Positions 60,495-64,000 of a stretch of DNA of 64,000 nt are shown piece by piece. Below the pieces are notes generated by a model that searched no databases, had not been told where the DNA came from, and worked only from the letters and a program-made list of their open reading frames with translations. Made by a program: the position numbers and the translations under genes. The stretch spans positions 32,001 through 96,000 of the forward strand of contig JBJOKS010000021.1 of assembly GCA_046045965.1 (NCBI GenBank), given 5' to 3'. This DNA is from Cyanobacteriota bacterium (GTDB lineage: Bacteria > Cyanobacteriota > Cyanobacteriia > Cyanobacteriales > Nostocaceae). Within the stretch, counting starts at the first letter, position 1; each line of letters opens with the position of its first letter.

Positions 60495-61808
60495 CTAACA
60501 ACAAGTATTGATTAAATCCTCAACTCCCGCTACAGGGAATATGCTGATATTCAATTGACGAGATACTTCCTCAACAGTCATATCATCTAAAAATATTAAC
60601 TCCCCATGTTTGAGCATAACGCTAGGTAATAAAATACCCTCTCCTAAATCTTGCCCTTTTAAATGGAAAAGTAAATCATGTCCGGTTAATAATCCAGTAA
60701 CACTGATATTTTGACCCCAATAATCGCTACATAAAGCACGCATATTGACTTCTAAACCTTCCACAGCATTTAACTGTTTAACAAGTGGTTGAAATGCATT
60801 TTCCACTGCGTTACCTACAACCCAAGTTAATTTTCTGGAAGGTGAAACTTTTGGTGGTAGTAATTCCTTAGCAACACTGGTAAATTGTTTAATAAACAAA
60901 CGAATTGAACCAACACCATTATCTATTTGCGGATATTCTTCATATTCTGCTTCGCTGGGTAATTCTTCACCAGCAATTAAAAACCATTCATCTGCTAACC
61001 AAGCTACACTAGAACCAAATTTTTTCCGAAATTCTTGAGTTAGTAATTTGACTTGAGATATTACTTCTTTGGCTTTTTCTCGCGTCACAGGAATCAGTTC
61101 ATCTTCCTGGGGACGAAATCGCGTTAACCCAACGGGAACAACTGCTACTGATGCTACTGCTGGTATTTCTCCTGTATGGAAAGATGTTAAATCTCTTAGT
61201 GTTTGTTCCAGATGTTCACCATCATTTATCCCCGGACAAACTACTACTTGAGCATGAATTTGTAACCGTCTTTCTTGAAACCATTGGAGTTGTTGTAAAA
61301 TTTGTCCTGCACGGTTATTTTTTAAGAGTCTAATTCTCACTTCTGGTTCTGTCGCATGAACAGAAACATATAACGGAGATAACCGCATTTGTTCAATGCG
61401 CTGCCATTCTTTTTCTGGTAAATTAGTTAATGTTAAATAAGAACCATATAAGAAACTCAAACGGTAATCATCATCTTTTAAATACAAACTAGACCGTTTA
61501 CCTGGTGGTTGTTGATCAATAAAGCAAAAGGGACAACGGTTATTACATTGAATTAAATTATCAAATAATGCCGTGGCAAATTCTAGACCTAAATCATCAT
61601 CATAATCTTTTTCAATTTCAATATGATGAGTTTTTCCAGCAGTATCTAATACTTCTAGTTCTAAAATTTCATCTGCACACAAAAACTGATAATCAATTAA
61701 ATCACGGGGTTTTACCCCATTAATAGCAACAATCGCATCACCAACTTCAAAGCCAATTTCAGCAGCGATGGATTCGGGAAGCACCTTGGTAATTTTCGCA
61801 GGATTCAT
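60495..61808 (-). CDS. PDZ + radical-SAM-like Fe-S protein (DUF512/TIGR03279 type)
   Basis: N-terminal PDZ, CNNRCPFCFIDQ, KDDDYRLSF. Confidence 0.88.
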   Translation of the reverse strand: MNPAKITKVLPESIAAEIGFEVGDAIVAINGVKPRDLIDYQFLCADEILELEVLDTAGKTHHIEIEKDYDDDLGLEFATALFDNLIQCNNRCPFCFIDQQPPGKRSSLYLKDDDYRLSFLYGSYLTLTNLPEKEWQRIEQMRLSPLYVSVHATEPEVRIRLLKNNRAGQILQQLQWFQERRLQIHAQVVVCPGINDGEHLEQTLRDLTSFHTGEIPAVASVAVVPVGLTRFRPQEDELIPVTREKAKEVISQVKLLTQEFRKKFGSSVAWLADEWFLIAGEELPSEAEYEEYPQIDNGVGSIRLFIKQFTSVAKELLPPKVSPSRKLTWVVGNAVENAFQPLVKQLNAVEGLEVNMRALCSDYWGQNISVTGLLTGHDLLFHLKGQDLGEGILLPSVMLKHGELIFLDDMTVEEVSRQLNISIFPVAGVEDLINTCC

Positions 61809-61822
61809 GGTAGTAAGTTATC

Positions 61823-61928
61823 AGGGAATAGGTAATAGGGAATAGGTAATAGGGAATAGGTAATAGGGAACAGGTAACAGGTAATAGGTAATATTTATCT
61901 TTCTCCTGACTCCTGACTCCTGACTCCT
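61823..61928. repeat. STRR arrays (GGGAATA/GGTAATA and TCCTGAC)
   Basis: Tandem 7-mers. Confidence 0.85.
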
Positions 61929-61934
61929 TCAATA

Positions 61935-62858
61935 TTATCCTTGCCAACCATTTGCGATCGCTAATAAAATGGCACAGCCAAAAGCCAATCTATACCAAAC
62001 AAAAACAAGGGTATTTTTGGTTTGTAAGTATCTAATCAGAAATGCAATTGACAGGTAGGAAAAAATAAAGGTAGAAACAATCCCGATACCTAATAGTAAA
62101 ACTATGTTATCTGGTAATTGTTGTTCCTGAAATAGCTTAAATATTTTCAGGCTTTTATATAAGGTAGCTATCGTCAGAGTAGGAAAACCTAACAAAAATG
62201 AAAACTTCGCGGCTGTATCACGTTCTAATCCTAAAAACAAGGACGTAGTTAAGGTTGAACCAGAACGAGAAACGCCAGGAATTAAAGCTAGAGTTTGTCC
62301 TAATCCTACTAATATACCATCTCGAATTTGCAAGGAATTAAAATCACGCTTGCGAGTGCCAATTTTTTCTGCTAACCCTAACAAAATAGCCATGATAACT
62401 GACATTATAGCAATAATTAATGCACTTTCAGGTAAAACGTCTTTCAACAGAAAGCCAACCATTAATGCCGGCATTGTGCCTACAGCAATACCCACAAAAA
62501 TTTTCCATTCTTCCCGTTCCCAATCTTTATCCTTGAATGCGGTAATTGCACCTTTAACAATACTAGAAATCAGTGACCAAAAATATAACAAAATTGCAAT
62601 CACACTACCAAATTGAATGGCATCAACAAAATCTTTAGAGCCTAGTTCTTTCCAAGCAAATATTTTGGTGACTATTAACAGATGTGCTGTACTGCTAATC
62701 GGTAAAAACTCTGTAATACCTTGCACAATACCTAAAATAAACGCCTGCAACCATTCCGGGGTGATGTTTTCCATATTTTCTGCCACGGCCAGCAGTTGCG
62801 AGCATAGTAAACCTATACTATTTGCTTCTAAGATTGACTCCATTAACCAAACTCCCAA
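61935..62858 (-). CDS. uppP: Undecaprenyl-diphosphate phosphatase (start uncertain)
   Basis: GIVQGITEFLPISSTAHL and PGVSRSGST motifs. Confidence 0.93.
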   Translation of the reverse strand: MGVWLMESILEANSIGLLCSQLLAVAENMENITPEWLQAFILGIVQGITEFLPISSTAHLLIVTKIFAWKELGSKDFVDAIQFGSVIAILLYFWSLISSIVKGAITAFKDKDWEREEWKIFVGIAVGTMPALMVGFLLKDVLPESALIIAIMSVIMAILLGLAEKIGTRKRDFNSLQIRDGILVGLGQTLALIPGVSRSGSTLTTSLFLGLERDTAAKFSFLLGFPTLTIATLYKSLKIFKLFQEQQLPDNIVLLLGIGIVSTFIFSYLSIAFLIRYLQTKNTLVFVWYRLAFGCAILLAIANGWQG

Positions 62859-62932
62859 AATGAATGCGTAATTCTAGCAAATTATCCAACCTGATCCACT
62901 GTTGTCATCAATTTTTCCGGGCAAGATTTTTA

Positions 62933-63008
62933 GGAGGCAGGAGGCAGGAGGCAGAAGGCAGAAGGCAGGAGGCAGAAGGCAGAAGGCAGGAGGCAGAAGG
63001 CAGGAGGT
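62933..63008. repeat. STRR array (GGAGGCA/GAAGGCA)n
   Basis: About ten tandem 7-mers. Confidence 0.9.
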
Positions 63009-63153
63009 AAATATTTATTTCTCCCCATCTTCCCATCTCCCCACCTTCCTTGATATCTACTGAAATTTCTAGTATAATTAAGATGCCCCAGGGGGGGATT
63101 TAAGAATGTGATATTGTAAGATAAGTAAAGTTTAGTAACAAATATTAAAAACT

Positions 63154-63933
63154 TTGATTAATAATACGTTGTCATCCTACACCACTGCTAACTCTGCTAT
63201 TGATACTGACTTGCATACCGCTGACACCAAGCAAAGAGGTATCAAAGAATTAGAGTCTACCCTTTTGTTGTCGCCTTCGCTACTGGCTCCCGTTGCTGGT
63301 AGGAAAAGCTGGTTAGTGTTTATGGCCGCAGTGTTTTTGGTATCAGTACCAGTATTTATAGAAGCGCCGCTAGTGCGATCGCTACCCAGTCTTAGTTTAG
63401 TCATCACCGGATTTTGGATTTGGCTGAGTTTGACATTAATGTCACGACCGCAAACCTACCTCTGGGGAGATTTACTGTTAGGATTTAGCTTAAGTTGGTT
63501 AACAGGCGCAATTTACTGGGGTTGGTTACGTTGGGAACCCATCTGGCACTTACCCATAGAATCAATCGGCCTACCCTTTGCTATTTGGTGTTTGTGCAGA
63601 AACTGGGGCAAAGTCGGCAACTGGTTTTATCTCGGTTCTCTATTCGGCACAGTTTTAACAGACATATACTTTTACCTAGTAGACTTAATGCCCTATTGGC
63701 GGCAAATTATGAGAACAGATGCCAGTGGAGCGTCACAAATCTTAAAAAATGCCTTAGCACAAGTGCAAACTCCCTGGGGAGAAGCTTGGGCAATCATTTT
63801 GGCCTTAACGCTATTGACAGTCGGACTGGTATCTTTAGGTAAAAAGCAACGACATTGGTACGCCTTTAGTGGAGCAGTTTTGAGTACAATTTTAGTAGAC
63901 AGTCTGTTTTTACTAGCTGCTGTTCTTGCGTGA
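63154..63933 (+). CDS. Cyanobacterial membrane protein (DUF3120-like)
   Basis: [42 protein letters not shown]. Confidence 0.75.
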   Translation: MINNTLSSYTTANSAIDTDLHTADTKQRGIKELESTLLLSPSLLAPVAGRKSWLVFMAAVFLVSVPVFIEAPLVRSLPSLSLVITGFWIWLSLTLMSRPQTYLWGDLLLGFSLSWLTGAIYWGWLRWEPIWHLPIESIGLPFAIWCLCRNWGKVGNWFYLGSLFGTVLTDIYFYLVDLMPYWRQIMRTDASGASQILKNALAQVQTPWGEAWAIILALTLLTVGLVSLGKKQRHWYAFSGAVLSTILVDSLFLLAAVLA

Positions 63934-64000
63934 ATTTATCAGCCACGGAAGATCAACAATTAGTAATAAATTTTTACAAAGTCAAATCAAAAAAAAATCC

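Noticed and set aside
62933..63008. Tandem repeats here and elsewhere considered as CRISPR arrays
   Set aside because: They are 7-nt units without unique spacers (STRRs); no cas genes in the window

Overview
This 64 kb AT-rich window comes from a cyanobacterium, most likely a filamentous Nostocales strain (inferred from frequent HIP1 GCGATCGC sites and heptamer STRR arrays). The backbone is housekeeping and signalling genes: an EPS/LPS cluster edge, cinA, a wecA-like gene, glyA, rpsF, argG, rpsB-tsf, recG, a Cph1-type phytochrome operon, ampG, ung, a multi-PAS kinase with REC-EAL, and uppP. Four accessory items stand out. (1) A DNA phosphorothioation locus (DGQHR/DndB-like gene divergent from dndCDE) has no dndFGH in the window. 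Instead it carries a 57-aa ORF, a second SMC/Rad50-like ATPase, a dnd-associated small protein (Pbe-like set) and an apparent sulfur-binding-domain HNH nuclease. (2) An ABC-ATPase plus PIN-domain gene pair sits before rpsB and looks like a defence module. (3) A tnpA-less tnpB with a rearranged RuvC site is accompanied by two protein-less IS200/IS605 mini-elements that share ends and keep omegaRNA-like cassettes; one is nearly identical to the tnpB 3' end and lies upstream of rpsF. (4) Several very small mobile repeats and MITEs are nested inside each other. No rRNA, tRNA or CRISPR array was seen. All family calls come from motif recognition by eye, not from database searches.
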